A stretch of DNA of 64,000 nt from Octopus vulgaris. Taxonomy: Eukaryota. Each line of letters opens with the position of its first letter. The first letter of the stretch is position 1. Both the position numbers and the translations under genes were made by a program. A model generated the notes under the pieces. That model was given only the letters and a program-made list of their open reading frames with translations, did no database searches and was not told the origin of the DNA. This document shows positions 1 to 14,424 of this stretch, in pieces. The stretch is taken from NCBI GenBank assembly GCA_951406725.2, contig OX597819.1:109058001-109122000 (forward strand), in the 5' to 3' direction.

Positions 1-335
1 CAGACTTCGGTCTCATTTGGCATGGTTTTCTACAGCTGGATGCCCTTCCAACTATTCTAAGAGTGTAATGGGTGTTTTTACATGCTACCAGCATGGGTGC
101 CAATTTGCATGACACCAGTATCTACCACGATTGCAATTTTGTTCAGCTTGATGGGTCTTCTTCTCAAGCACGACATAATGCCAAAGGCCTTGGTCATTGC
201 TTCCGTGAGGCCCAACACTTGAAAGGAAGTCAGCTACTTTGCCTCTGTGAAGCCCAACACTCAAAAGGAACTCAGCCACTTTGCCTCCATGCAGCCCAAC
301 GCTCTGTCCATGAGGTCCAACACTCATGTGAGGCC
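1..335 (-). mobile_element. SINE-like repeat fragment (family C) with internal ~39-bp tandem units
   Basis: Contains the family motif CATGGTTTTCTACAGCTGGATGCCCTTCC found throughout the window, then repeated GCCCAACACT...ACTTTGCCTC units. Confidence 0.55.
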
Positions 336-342
336 CAATATA

Positions 343-375
<33 letters not shown>

Positions 376-516
376 TACAAATAAGAAAATGGACGAACAG
401 ATTCATTTCAATCATCGACTTACAGATCTATTTATGAAGTTAATAAATAATATGAATTGCAAATATCTGTAAGTTGATGATTGAAATGAATCTGTTCCTC
501 CATTTTCTTATTTGTA
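376..516. repeat. Inverted repeat (52-bp arms) next to (TA)n; probable Penelope-like element end
   Basis: 376-427 is the near-exact reverse complement of 465-516; inner ends carry a degenerate AGATCTGTAAG hammerhead stem-III remnant. Confidence 0.7.
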
Positions 517-3186
517 TTATGAATTTGAGGTAAAATATTTTACCTTTGCCCATCTAATACAATAAATGAATTAATTGCATTGCAATTATAAGCATTTATG
601 TATTTGCCATTTGGGTGCTTCACCAGCAGTATATTGGATAACTGATATCCCATAGTGGGTTACACTCATAACCCCTATCTCACTTTGTACTTTATATATT
701 TATATATATCTTCCATCATCATTTTACATAGCTTTTCATGTTGGCATGAGTTCATCAAGATCTAACAGATCAAAGGACCATCTCTTATTCCAACATAGCA
801 GTTTTAGCATGCATTTTATGGTTGAATGCCCTTCCTATCACCATGTACTATGTGCATTTTTATGTCACCTGCATTATATATAAGTGTTTGTATGTGTATA
901 GGTGGACAGACAAATTGATGTAGGTATATTAATTTAGTTATGACAGACAAGGAAATGTTCTCATTGATATAATGAAACACAAATCAGATACTTAAAAGAG
1001 ATGTTGTGTTGGTAGACCAATCAAACACATGTTGATATCTGAAGAATTGGACATTAAATCACTGATGATATTGATGACAGTTATGATGATGGTGAGGATA
1101 GTAGTGGCATGGTAATAGTACAGGTGATGGCACTGGTGACCATATTGATTTGGTAGTGGTGGTGGTTGTGGTATTGGCTGTGTTGGGACTGTTAGAGGTG
1201 GTAGTAATGCTGCTGTTGTGATGGTAGTGGTAGGATTATTATAATGATAGTAATACTGTCATCATGGTGGTGCTGGTGGCAGTGGTGGAGGGTATCAAGC
1301 ACAATGGAAACTGTTGTGAAGAAAAATTAAAAGCTTAAGAAATTAAAGGTTATTTTGTATTTCAACTGGAAATTTAAACCAACACACAATTACACTTAAT
1401 CATTCGCTTATACACATTCACACTCTCACATACATAGACTCATGCATGCATACACGCTATAATCAGCAAGGAACCTAATCTATTGTATTTATATTGCTCA
1501 TTAGTAACACTAAATTAAGAATTAATTTTTAAATAATTTGTCATTAATCTACAGTTGGGAGATTAAATGTCTAAATATCTGAGACAAATCAATGTTAATA
1601 TGATTGTAATTTTTCAAACTGTTAACTTCATCACTGAATGTATATACAATATTTATGAGAAAATGCATGGCCGAGTGGTTAGGCAACATGGTTCCTAATC
1701 TCAGGTCACTTTCCTTTGCATTGCTCCAGTCCACTCAGCTGGCAAAAATAAATATTTAAGATTGCCTGAGTACTTGGTCAGTATAATGTTAGCCTACCAA
1801 TGTTAACCCTTTTGATACCAACTTGCCTGAGACAGCTCCTAATTTAATGATATCAACTTCCTGTTTGAAAGTGATTAAATGAAAATTACATATTGATATA
1901 TGTTCCAAACAATAAGAACATCAGCTTAATAAAGACAAAGTTGTTTTAATAAATTCTTTATTATTTCCAAAATTAATTAAAATAGGTGCAGGTGTGATTG
2001 CATGGTAAGAAGTTTGCTTCCCAACCATATTGTTTCAGATTCAGTACCTTTGCATGGCACTTTGGACAAGTGTCTTCTAATATAGCCCTAGGCTAACCAA
2101 AACCTTGTGAGTGAATTTAGTGGATGGAAACAAAGAAGCCTGCCATATGTGTGTGTTACTGTCTCTTTGCCTTAACATCATATAATAATTGTAAATAAGT
2201 GTCAGTATCATGCAAGTGATATCCTTCATTTCCAATCTTTCATGAAAACATGTCTGGTCATGAGGAAATATTACCTAAAGCTCAAGTGTAGGAGTGGGCT
2301 GGCAGCAAGAAGGTCATCCAGCTGTAGAAATCCATCTCAACAAAATTCCACCCAATCCATGCAAGCATGGAAATGTGGAGGTGAAACTGAAGACGATGAT
2401 AATGACAACAATGATGGTGATGATGATGATGAATTGAAAATATGGCAACAGAATGGTTAACAATTCAGTAGTGTACCTCAAATCCTTCTGGCATGAATAC
2501 AGATACAATCAACAGTGAACTGATATATTCTATCTTTACCCCATTTGATGTTAGGAAGGGCATCCAACCATAAAAACCATGTCAAAACAGACCTCACTGG
2601 GACTGGTGCCACATAAAAAGCACCCAGTCCACTCTCTAAAGTGGTTGGCATTAGGAAGAGCATCCATCCGTAAAAACTATACTAAAAAACGATGGTGGAG
2701 TTTGGTGCAGTCCTCAGGGTTGCCAACTCCTATCAAACCGCCCAACCCGTGACAGCATGGAAGATGGACATTAAATGATGATGATGATGAAGACGACAAC
2801 ATTTATATTAACACTATATTTCAGTTAATCATCATCAGGTGTCTTATTTTTGTATATTGTTCATTGTATGAGACCAGCTTCAAATAAGGAACCTTTATTT
2901 CTAAACTAGGAATAACAATGACCTGATCTGCTTGGCAATCGATGCACAATAAATAACATAAAGGAAGGATGGATGAATGAATGCACCAACGGCTTTGGAG
3001 GGAAGACAAGAATATTCTTATACTTAGTTTAGAAAAAAATAACAAGTACCTAGTTCAAATCCAGGCTGTACACATCTGATGCTAATCTAATATTGAATCT
3101 AAATATAACATTCATGTTGATACTGTAATTTGCAATCTTTTTGTCTTTGCATTTCTAAATCGCAGCAGGGAAATATTGACATAAAA

Positions 3187-3540
3187 CGATGATGATGATG
3201 ATGGTCATTATCATGATCTGGTGGTGCTACTGCTGCTGCTGATAATGAATATGATGAGGATGAAAGCAATAATAACAGTGATAATGATATTGATGATAAC
3301 AACAGCAGAGGTGGTGGTACTGCTGGTACTGGTGCCGGTGGTACTGTTGCTGGTGATGATGATGGTGGTGGTGGTGGTGGTGGTGGTGGTAGTGTTGCCA
3401 ACAATGCTGGCAATGATAATAACAATAACAATGGTGATGATGACAATAGCAGAGGTGGTGGGGAAGTGACAATGGTGGTGGTGGTCATGATGATGATGCT
3501 CATGATGATGGCAATGTTGACAATGACAACGAAGATGATG
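3187..3540. repeat. Compound (GAT/GGT/GCT)n trinucleotide low-complexity tract
   Basis: Read directly; explains the poly-P/H/V ORFs here. Confidence 0.9.
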
Positions 3541-3764
3541 TCAAATCAAGTGTTTTATTCATTTACTGACAAATCCCCCCCCCCCCAGCTAAACTAAAAA
3601 GTAAACAAACAACACAAGAAAAAATTATGAAACAACTATGTAATATGAGGATGAGGAGAAAAAGGTTTTGAGGGAGAAGGAGAAAGGGTTAAAAATATTG
3701 TTTATTAGCTTGATTTTGAGAATTATAACATATTCAGTCTACATCTACACAATGATGTGTGGGT

Positions 3765-4600
3765 GAATGGACGGATGGATGGATGGATGGAAAGGAGTAT
3801 GGATGAATGGGTGTGCAGATAAACAGATGGATGGATCAATTGATCGATTGAAGGATCAATGGATCAACGTCAGGATGGATGAGTGGGCAGGTGGACTGAT
3901 ACATAAATAGGTGGGTGGATGAAAATGGCTGGCTGGTTGGTTGACTAACTGGATAGATGGATGGATGGATGGAAAGGAGCATGGACGAATGGGTATGTGG
4001 ATAAACAGATGGATGGATCAATTGATCGATTGAAGGATCAATGGATCAATGTCAGGATGGATGAGTGGGCAGGTGGACTGATACATAAACAGGTGGGTGG
4101 ATGAAAATGGCTGGCTGGCTAGTTGACTAACCTGATGGATGGATATACAGGTGGGTGGATGAAAATGGCTGGACAGATGGTTGAATAGATGGATTGATGG
4201 TTGGATGGATAGATGGATGGTGGAATGTATGGATGACATCATGAATGGGTGAATGGACGGATGAACTGATAAGTGAATGGTTACATAGATAGATGGATGG
4301 ATACGTGGGTGGATGGAAAATAGATAGATGTGTAGAAAGATGGATGGATATATGGGTGAGAGGGAAAGTGGATGGATGACTTGATAGATAGATAGGAGAA
4401 TGAATAGATGGATGGATTGATACATGAACAGGTGGATGCAAGGCTGTATAGATGAGTAAATAAATAATTGGACAGGTGAATGCATGGATGGATAAGATAG
4501 ATGGACTAATGGATAGATGGAAGGGGAAAGAGATACATGCATTAACATATTAGATGGCTAAAAGATGGATGATTAGATGGACTGAGAGATAGATACATAC
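3765..4600. repeat. Degenerate (GGAT)n tract with ~182-bp higher-order duplication
   Basis: GGAT runs; unit GGAAAGGAG...GATCAATTGATCGATTGAAGGATCAATGGATC occurs at ~3789 and ~3971. Confidence 0.85.
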
Positions 4601-5098
4601 ATACATAGACAGAATAGTTGATGGATACTGATTGTAAAGAGAAATGAATACTTCTAAATGCTTCATTCAAGACATCAGTTGTGAAATTGCGCATATTGCA
4701 GGTAACAGCATGTGCATGCATGTGTGTATGTATATCTGTGTATGTGTGTGTGTGTGTATTGCTTCTGACCAGCTGGGGAGTTTCAAGTGAATAACTGTAG
4801 AACCACAGTAGGGAGAGAGAGAGAGAGAGACAACAAATGTTTATGTCTTCATCATTCTCTCTACAGTCTCTTGTCTGAGCCATACATTCATCATCACCAT
4901 GAACTTCCAGAAAATCGGTCAAGTGCAACTGAACAATGGTTTAACTGTATATGTACATAAATACATAAATATATGCATGCATACACACACACACACACAT
5001 GTATATACACACATATATATTCATGTATGATTGTCTATGTATGTGTTTGTATATGTGGCTCAGTTTATCACAATTTCTTATTTTCTCTCTCTTTAGAC

Positions 5099-5138
<40 letters not shown>

Positions 5139-5671
5139 CTGCAAAACAAACTCTCTCTTCCCTCCTAATTCACTTCTTTGTCTTTCATTTTCTTCCTCTT
5201 CTTCCTGACTATATGCATATATTTTTTTCTTATCTTTTATATTTTTCTTGTTCTATTCAGTGAACTGCAGCCATGTTGGGACTCTGCCTTGAAGGGTTTT
5301 GTTGAGTGATCAACCCCAGTACTTTATTTAAAGTCTGGTACTTATTCTATCAGTCTCTTTTGTTAAACCACTAAGTTATGGAGGGATAAACATACCAACA
5401 TCCATTGTCCAGGGAATAGTAAGGGACAAACACAAACGTAAAGATGCAGATGCACACACATATATACACAGGGGAGAAAGAAAATTCAACTTCAGTATTT
5501 GATTAGTACTTCATTTATTGATCTAGAAAAAATGAAAGGTAAAGTCGATCTCATCTGGATTTGAGCTCAAAATGTAGAGAGCTGGAAGGAATACTGTGAA
5601 GCATTGTATCCAATACTTTAATGACTTCACCAACTCACCACTTTCATATATAAATATACAAAAGAATGACT

Positions 5672-6064
5672 GAGTGGCTGTGTGGTAAGTAGCTTGCTTA
5701 CGAACCACATGGTTCCAGGTTCAGTCTCACTGCGCGGCACCTTGGGCAAGTGTCTTCTATTATCGCCTTGGGTCAACCAAAGCCTTGTGAGTGGATTTGG
5801 TAGACAGAAACTGAATGAAGCCTGTAATATATATATATCTATATATATATATGTTTGTGTGTCTGTGTTTGTCTCCCCAACATCGCTTGACAACTGATGC
5901 TGGTATGTTTACATCCCTGTAACTTAGCGGTTCGGCAAAAGAGACCGATAGAATAAGTACTAGGCTTACAAAGAATAAGTCCTGGGGTTGATTTGCTCGA
6001 CTAAAGGCGGTGCTTCAGCATAGCCACAGTCAAATGACTGAAACAAGTAAAAGAGTAAAAGAAT
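5672..6064 (+). mobile_element. tRNA-derived SINE (family A), full length
   Basis: Head GTGGCTGTGTGGTAAG (A-box) and GGTTCAGTC (B-box), CTTGGGCAAGTGTCTTCT core, central (TA)n, tail GGCGGTGC...CAGTCAAATGACTGAAACAAGTAAAAGAG; many copies in the window. Confidence 0.85.
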
Positions 6065-6705
6065 AAGGATGTCTACTTCGTGAAAACTAGAATATAAATT
6101 GGGGGTCAGTATATTTGATGTCATCAGCATTGTCATCATCATCATCATCATTATCATTTAATGTCCACCTTCCATGCTGGCATGAGTCAGACAGTTTGAC
6201 AGGAGCTGGCAAGCCAGAGGACTTCATTCACCCAGTTGTAAGAAAGAAATTTCAGTGAACTGAAATTACATTTTTACTAATGAGAGCAATCTTTATGTAA
6301 ATGACTAATTCTCACTAAAAAAGGCAGCAGAAACAACCGTTAAATTTTAATTAATAAATATTAATTAATTATGGAATAGAATGTAGTGGGAAGTGTCTGA
6401 ATTTTAATCATGCAAGGACAACTCTAGATACGTTTCTGCATTTTGGACCTCTTCAGTAAAGCATAGTGAAATCATTACGGCACTATATATTTGCAAAGAT
6501 TGGAAGATAGATGTGTTTTACAGACAAGCAAAGAAAAAGACTCCTCCTGAGATTCATATTACAGAAAATAGCAGCATTGGTAGTTCACATTTCCCTTTAC
6601 TATAAAAGGAGATAGGACCAATGACAAGGAAGACCCAAGATGATTTGTACCTTCCCTTAGCTGTAGAAGGCTGCTAGAGACCCACTCTAATGGAACTTAC
6701 TTTAA

Positions 6706-6920
6706 CTCATTTGTTACCATATTTTTATTGAAATACACCGGCTTTGTTGTAATTAATTTCAAATATAAGAAAAATTTAGTAAAATAATTTGGTCATTATT
6801 AAATTCGTGATTGGAACATAAATTTACATGAAATTTTGATTGAAAAGATTTAACTTAGATAATTTTAAAACAAGTCACTTGTATCATAGAACCAGGATTC
6901 TCACAGGTTGGCATCAAGGG
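6706..6920 (+). mobile_element. Old copy of piggyBac-type MITE
   Basis: TTAA flanks; diverged homology to the MITEs at 21068 and 21591. Confidence 0.6.
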
Positions 6921-7509
6921 TTAAATTTGGCTAGTATTGTAAAAGGCAGCATAACAGTTATTGGTAAATATCAAAGCATATTCCTCCTAGAGTAGCCCTA
7001 CATACTATATCTCTGGAGCCAACTACTGTATTAAGGTCCCTTACAAAATAAGCTAGGGTCACAAAGCACTTGGTTACTGAGTGTAACTACAGCAAAGCTT
7101 GGTAGGAGTCTTGGTGTGGGAAAGGCTGTGCATACTAGGAGAAAAGACATGCACTAGCCTACTTACCACCTCACACATAGGCTAGCTTGCAAGTGTTTTC
7201 AGTATTCTGTGAAATACTCAACAATAATTCAATCAGTTCGAAGCTCAGATTGTAGTTGATCAAACAACTGAGGGTGCGTTACCTTAATAGTGAAAATCAA
7301 AATAAAACAAAATGCATAACACGTGTGTGTGTGAATACAAAACACACACACTATATATATACATATATACACACATATATGTGTGTGAGTGAGTGTCTGT
7401 TCTGTGTTGACATAATCCGTCAGATGAGCAAACTCATCTCGCTTCACTATTGTTTATACAACACTGACATTAAGCAGCTTTCACTGACCATTGATGCTTC
7501 AAGTTATCT

Positions 7510-7530
7510 CCCTTTTCTTTATTCTCCTCA

Positions 7531-7561
<31 letters not shown>

Positions 7562-7818
7562 TGTTATCTTTCATTCTTCTATCATTCTCCCTCCTTGTAC
7601 CTTCTTATATCTTTACTGTTTCCTCCTATTGTTCTCTCTCTTTCTCTCATTCGTTCTATCCCTCCACCTTTTTATTTCCTTATTTTTCATTGCTCTCTCT
7701 CTCTCTTTGCTCCTTATTTATCTCCCTCTCTTCTTTATGTCAGCTCTTCCTGATCTCCTTATCCCTTTCTTTCCTTCTTTCCTATTCTCTTTACTGTGCC
7801 GCCTCTCTCTTCCTCTCC

Positions 7819-7900
<82 letters not shown>

Positions 7901-7960
7901 TACTTTCTCAAAATCTCTACTTTCCAGATTCTTTTTTCCTTTTTCTCTTTGTATTTTCTC
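7510..7960. repeat. Pyrimidine-rich tract with (CT)n and (CTAT)n
   Basis: Read directly; (CTAT)n at ~7819-7897. Confidence 0.9.
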
Positions 7961-10900
7961 CTAACTCTTTCTTTAAAATATTTAGTACTATCACATCACT
8001 GAAGACTAGGTCTTTGAATTCTCCTGTGCCTCATTCCTGGCGAAATCATTTTTTTAAATAACTTTCCCCTTTCCTATCCTTCTCCCTCACTGTATAACAT
8101 CATTTTATCTGGAACTTTTTTCAAACAAAAATGTTTTTCACATAGTCTTTGTGGCGATCCACTTGGGTTGGTCATGTTACCACAGTTGATATTGATGTTC
8201 TTTAATTAATTAATGAATAAATTTATTTATTTTTTTTTTTTAGGTAATGTTACAAAAACTTCCCTTATTCCTTGAAGTTAAGAGCAGAGGAGGGCAGTGT
8301 CCATTTCTTTTGCAGGCGCTTCCAGACTGGTAAATTTAAGGTTGATTCCTATCTGTAACTGTAAAGAGCAGAGGGAGTAGTGCCCTTGAGTGATAACCAA
8401 AATGGACATCTACAAGGTAATGACTACAGAGAAAAAATTTTTTAAAACTAGAATCAAGCAAGGAGGGATCTTGAAGCTTGTTCCAAATACTTCCAAATGT
8501 TACTGAAGACACCTAAGTACCATGAAAATGACACTGAAAGTGAGAAATGTCAATCTCCACAACCATCATTATTGAAAATAACCAGAGTGACTTCTAACTT
8601 TCTCTTTTCATACTAAAAATGAGAATGACATAATTCCCCTGAAATGTATATAATTAGAACAATGTGTATAATTACATAAATGGATTTTTATAATTACATC
8701 AGTGGATTTATGCTGGGGTTTTTTTTTGTTTGTTTGTTTATTTTTTTTACTTCTTTGTAGCTTAATCAGGGAAAAGAGGACAGTATTCAGGACCTTTTTT
8801 ATGACCTCTGAGATTTGTAGGCGGTAGTTATCTTTAGACCGGAAACTTGGCCTGAATGCTAGGAATAAAGTGAACTCTACTAAAGACACCCATGAGCCAG
8901 GTGATGATGTTAACTAGGGGATAGACTTTATCTATTACCCATAATTAGAATAATCTACATCCTTGAATGGAAGGAACCCCTAATTTTTTTATCTTAAAAT
9001 TTGGAAAAATATGTTTTGTAAGGGATTATAATACTATCCATGTATAAGAAACTTCCATATTTTTTTAACCTAATTTTTGACAAAAATGCATTCCATATAC
9101 ACATTAACATACCGTAATCCTGAAAACTTCTCTGTATTTTGTACATGACATTGCATTCAACGACAACAGCATTTAGAATGAACCAACATGAAAAGCTCAA
9201 AGCAGTCTCTCCACTGGTTAGAAATAGCAACAAAATATCCCTCAATTATACCATACTATTTTCCAGTTACAACATATTATTTTAAAAAGGACCAACACAG
9301 TTGTATAGTCCTAGATGCACTGCATATATAAAAAAAGCAACACCTTCAATCATGGGACTAACCTGGGATCAGGTTTGACCTGAAGTTAAACAAAAACAAT
9401 AAAACAAACATTTAAAAATCAGAACTAAAATATAAATAATGAATTAAAAGCCATAGGTAGGAGATAAAGGCCACCATCTAGTATTGTTAGAACACATGAG
9501 AGATCTTTCCAAATGTAGAGTTGAATAACTAAATTTTTATGAATGAATGGATGGATGGATTTCTATTGGTTTTGACAAAAAGGTTTCTCTTGTTGAAATG
9601 AGATGTTTGGGTGCTGCTGTTGTGACACTGAAGATTTGGCATGGCTGAGTGGACATTCAGCCTGTTCTGGTAAGAGTACTTTTTGGCACTGGAGGTAAAC
9701 ACGCACACATACATACACTAGTGTACATGCACACAAAGATACATGTGCAGATAGAGAGAGTGGGAGAAGGAAAGACATTACAATTTATTAATTAAACATG
9801 ATTGACATAAACACTTTCCCTCTCCTCATGCATATGAAGAGAAGTATATTCTCACATAATTAGAGAGAATGAAGAAGAAAGAGAGAAATATTAAAAGGTC
9901 TGATGTCAAATAAGTCAGTAGAGAATCAGCAATGCAAAATGGGTGGTGCCAAAATGTTCCATACATTTCCATTCTTCAATCAGCTGGATTTTCTACTTAT
10001 TGAATTAGAATCTAAGTGGCTGAACATTTCACAAATATGTCTAGCTTGAATATAATTCTCTGACAGAATCAGTGAGACATGGTTGACTTTTGATTTGCTG
10101 GTAGAATCCATTCAGTGGACTTTTATATAGTTTCCATTGAATCAATTTTACTCAGTGAATGAGCTGATCCAAAGTTTTCCAAAGTGACATTTGTCCAAGA
10201 TGCCATGCGGTGGAATCAAATCTGAAACTTCATGAGAAGCAAACTTCTTAACCATTTGACTGTACTTGCTGCTATGCAGGTGTATTTGTTAGTACCTGAC
10301 CAAGAAAACACATGGTATGGTGGATGAAAACCTGAAGATGACTCCAATGAGAATTAAAATTGCAAACATCTAGTTGTTAATATGGTGCCAAGGAAGTATT
10401 CATCCATTTATTGCCAAGACACTGGTGTTTGCCTATCATCAAGGGCTTTCCAGCTGTAATTAATCTGTCTTTTTGTATATCTAGGATGACATGTCCAGTT
10501 TATCCTTTTTTTTAAACTATAGAATATGATTTGATAGAATTTAATAACTATTTCTAGCATATGGACCTAAAAGACAGAGGACCCTCCAGCTTATTTAGAA
10601 AAGTTATTTAATTTTTGATGATGACATATGATCTCTGGACCTTTCTCTTTGTCCACCCTTTTTTCTTGCAGCTAACAATATTACAGAATAACTTGAAATT
10701 CAACTCTGTCAATTTTTCATCAGTTGAACCAAGGAGGGAGAGCCTTTACGTGGTTACCACCCTACTAGAAACTGCAGTCAGTTCTTTCTCCCCACCTCTC
10801 TCAAACCTTATCCATTCACCTTTCAAATAAAGGGCACATTTGATAATTTAGTCCTGAGAACATGATGTCTGACAAAAAAAATGGAGTGGTCGTAACTGGA

Positions 10901-11865
10901 ATCCTTAATCATAAACCAGCTTGATCAGGGCTGATATCTAAATAACAAAAAAAAACAAAAAAAACACCAGTCCTTCATCAGTCAGGAGGAAATTACACTC
11001 CACATTGGACAGGATTGTTTTATAGTTAAAAAATATATTTGTGATACAAAGTGGATCAAAAAATAATTTTAAAAACTCACTTTTTTGTGAATAAATATAA
11101 TCACTAGTTGGTAGGGTTGGGGTTGTTTATCCCCTGTTCAGTCCTGATCTAGCAAGTTCCTATGGTTAAAGCTATTCTAACCATGGCCACCCCATCTATC
11201 TGGAAACTGAGTCTCAGACTACAGTGACATTTCTTCTTTTTAAAGGGCAACAAAATATGATTTATGCTTTCGCTCAGTTTTCTAGTTTACCAAATAGTCA
11301 CAGACAAGCTTCTGTGTGACAGAGTAGTGAGGGTCTATGTTGACATGAAGTGGATTTGAAATAGAAACTGAAGAAGTGTATGTTGATGTAGAAACTAGGG
11401 GAGTATATATTGTTTTATGAGCTAGATCAGAGAATAATGTTGCATTTTCACTGTAGATTGACAATTTATTCTATGACAAGGGGTGAATGACACAGTGGAG
11501 CTGAGGTCACTAAATTATTATCAAATGGTGAATGATGAAGTAGAATAAAGTGCTCTGCCCAGAAACACAATGAACTGCTTGCAGTGTTATTTTTAAAATA
11601 AGTTGATTAAAGAAGGATGAGCAGTGACATGACCTTTGAAAGGTCATATATCCATGCTTGTGAATGATGACCAACCTGAAAATGTCTGAATCAACATATG
11701 CAGGTAAAACATGGGAAGTAGATGGGTTTGAATGCTTACAATAGAGTGACCTCTACTAAAATAAAGGACAAGGTGGTGATGTTCAACTGGCAGCATATTA
11801 CACCTACCACCTAAAAGGCCCTCATGTGAAGCTTCTCAAGAGTTATTAGCATGTACTTCAACTCA

Positions 11866-12093
11866 GGCGAGCTGGCAGAAACGTTAGCACGCCAGGCGAA
11901 TTCGCAGCCGTATTTCGTCTGTCGTTACGTTCTGAGTTCAAATTCCGCCGAGGTCGACTTTGCCTTTCATCCTTTCGGGGTCGATAAATTAAGTACCAGT
12001 TACGCACTGGGATCGATGTAATCGACTTAATACCTATGTCTGTCCTTGTTTGTCCCTTCTATGTTTAGCCCCTTGTGGGTAATAAAGAAATAG
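11866..12093 (+). mobile_element. Young SINE (family B) with 13-bp target-site duplication
   Basis: GTACTTCAACTCA at 11853-11865 and 12094-12106; B-box-like GAGTTCAAATTCC; CpGs retained. Confidence 0.9.
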
Positions 12094-13589
12094 GTACTTC
12101 AACTCAATCATCATACTTCATGTATAAGTGTAATAGTTTTAGCTGTATATTGATCCTGATCAGCTATGATGTGACAGTGTGGTATTGTAAGATTGAGTTA
12201 CTTTAACTTACTCCTCGAGTCAGCTTTACTTGAACTATATTGTAGAAACTGACTATACTGAAAGTGGAACAAATCTTATTAGTTTCGTTTTGCCCGTTTA
12301 AATAAGCTGCAGGCAAACCTTAGTCTCAGTCAAAACGAATTTTATAATAACCATTAATTACTAAATTTTTCCTGTGCACATTGATTTCCTTTGTGAACAG
12401 TTTGCAAACCATACGCATGGCTTAGAGCAGCGATTCTTAATCTTTTTGACTTTGTAGGTATCGTGGTTCAAAAATTCGCTTTCCAACTATGTCGAGTATT
12501 TTGTGATATTTTCTCTGGCTATTTTACATGCTGAAATCAAATTCTGCCAAGATCAACTGTGCCTCTTTTGTACTTTGCTCCCAAAATACCTTTCAAGTGT
12601 CAGTGTAATCGACCCTATGTTATAATTTAAGCCTTGAGCTTAGATTATAACATAGAAAGCTACACATCGGAAGGGATACGTATATACTTAATTACTCATT
12701 CTATCTACTACATTTATAATAATTTGCTCAACATGGTCACTCGATGTGCTAGAAATATCAACCAAATTATCCTCAAATCTATTTAAAATAGTAAAGATAT
12801 TTTGGGTAATGAAGTCCGAAACGCAACGATCGATAATAAAAAAAAACGTGGTAGCATGGTTTGAAATGCTTGGTCAGATCAGCTTCATAAATTCTGAGAG
12901 GTACAAGGCCAGTAATTTAGGTAATGGTGGTAATGTATGGAAGAGTGTCATGAATTGGATCGACTGTAATTGATTGATGTTGTCTTATTGACCTTCAGAG
13001 AACGAAAGTCAAAGTCGACTTCTGGGGGTTTGAACTCGGAATGTAAAGCAATGAATTTAAATACTCCGCATCAATGTGATACGCCATCGCCTCTGTAAGC
13101 ATTATAAAGACTTCTAATATTAGTACAAGAAGTGGAATTTTGAGGATGGTGGAGGCTATAATTAATTTAAGCCGATTAAGTACTTGAGTACTTGAATTTT
13201 ATTGACTCTTAGAATAAAGGATAAATGTCGACCTCGATAGGATTTGAACTCAGAACGTAAAGGGATGTAGTTAGATACCGCTTTGACGATTCTGCCAATC
13301 TACCACCCCGTGTGAATATCGTACTCACACACTAGTATGTGTATATGCATGTTCTACATACATGCATACTCACACATAAAGATAGAGAGAACTAGATAGC
13401 TAAACACGTTCTCTGTACCACATACACCCATAAAAGCATATATCAACTTTGCACACACACACATATGGACAACTGTTGTCTCAGGTCACATTATAAGACC
13501 ATCAAACAAACAACGAAACCAGCAGATTTGTCAATCATCCATGGGTTCATCGTCGGCTCCACACATCCCGCCATCAATCTGTCAATGGA

Positions 13590-13830
13590 CGACTGACAGT
13601 ACAAAGCCCCGCTACTCATGCGCACACACGCTCACATGTATCTACGTCAGAGATGACATGACCTAGTAACCATGACGACCGCACACGGAGTGGCGGAGTG
13701 AACAAGACGGGAGTAATGGTGTGTGGAGTGAAAGGGTGGAGTATGAGTGAGGAGGGACAAAGTATTTTATCTGCTGCAACAGTTGGAGTGAAGCTTGCTG
13801 TTGCTATGGTAATGTAGGCTGGAGATTCCC
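13590..13830. promoter_or_regulatory. Candidate Pol II promoter or enhancer
   Basis: Unique, locally CpG-retaining sequence with X-box-like GTTGCTATGGTAAT (13800-13813), half X-box CCTAGTAAC, TACGTCA and CATGCGCA; no linked gene identified. Confidence 0.35.
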
Positions 13831-14424
13831 GTATTGAGTTACTGTCATAGTTTGTGTATTTGTGCTGTGAGGAGGGGTTATAGTGAAGTTGGTGTCGTTT
13901 AACCCTGGTCAGCCCTTAATCAGCGGACCTGTGATCAAAGGTGTTCCAACTATGACCATCCCTGCTTTTGTTTTTTAGATACTATCTAGAAATGCATTAT
14001 CCAATATAACTGATATGACGAATATTTCGCTGTTTTTCCTAGCAGGTCTAGTGACCACGCTACCTTCGTTTAGTAGGGGAGGTGAGTTGTGAGGTTTGAG
14101 ACTGTAGTGTTGCTGTGTGGTGTGTTGTGAGATGTAGTGTTGCCATTTAATGGGCTATATGGTGAGTGATGGTAGTGTTGTTTAACTCCAGATCAGTCAT
14201 AAACCAATAACCTTATATGATCAAAGGGTTTCCAGCTGTGACTATCTCGCCTTTTAGTTTTTCAGCAATATATATATATGCATGTATAGGTTGAGTGTCA
14301 TCTGAAGACTATTTCACTACTATTTCTAGTGTATCGAGTGACCACTTAGAGGCTTTCAGGATGGCTTGTGTAATTATGCGGTATTGTGTTGTGCGGTTAT
14401 GCGGTGTTGTATAATGCGATTATA

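Noticed and set aside
6421-6460. CTGAAGA...GAAAC hammerhead-like remnant on the minus strand
   Set aside because: Stems II and III do not pair; too decayed to call
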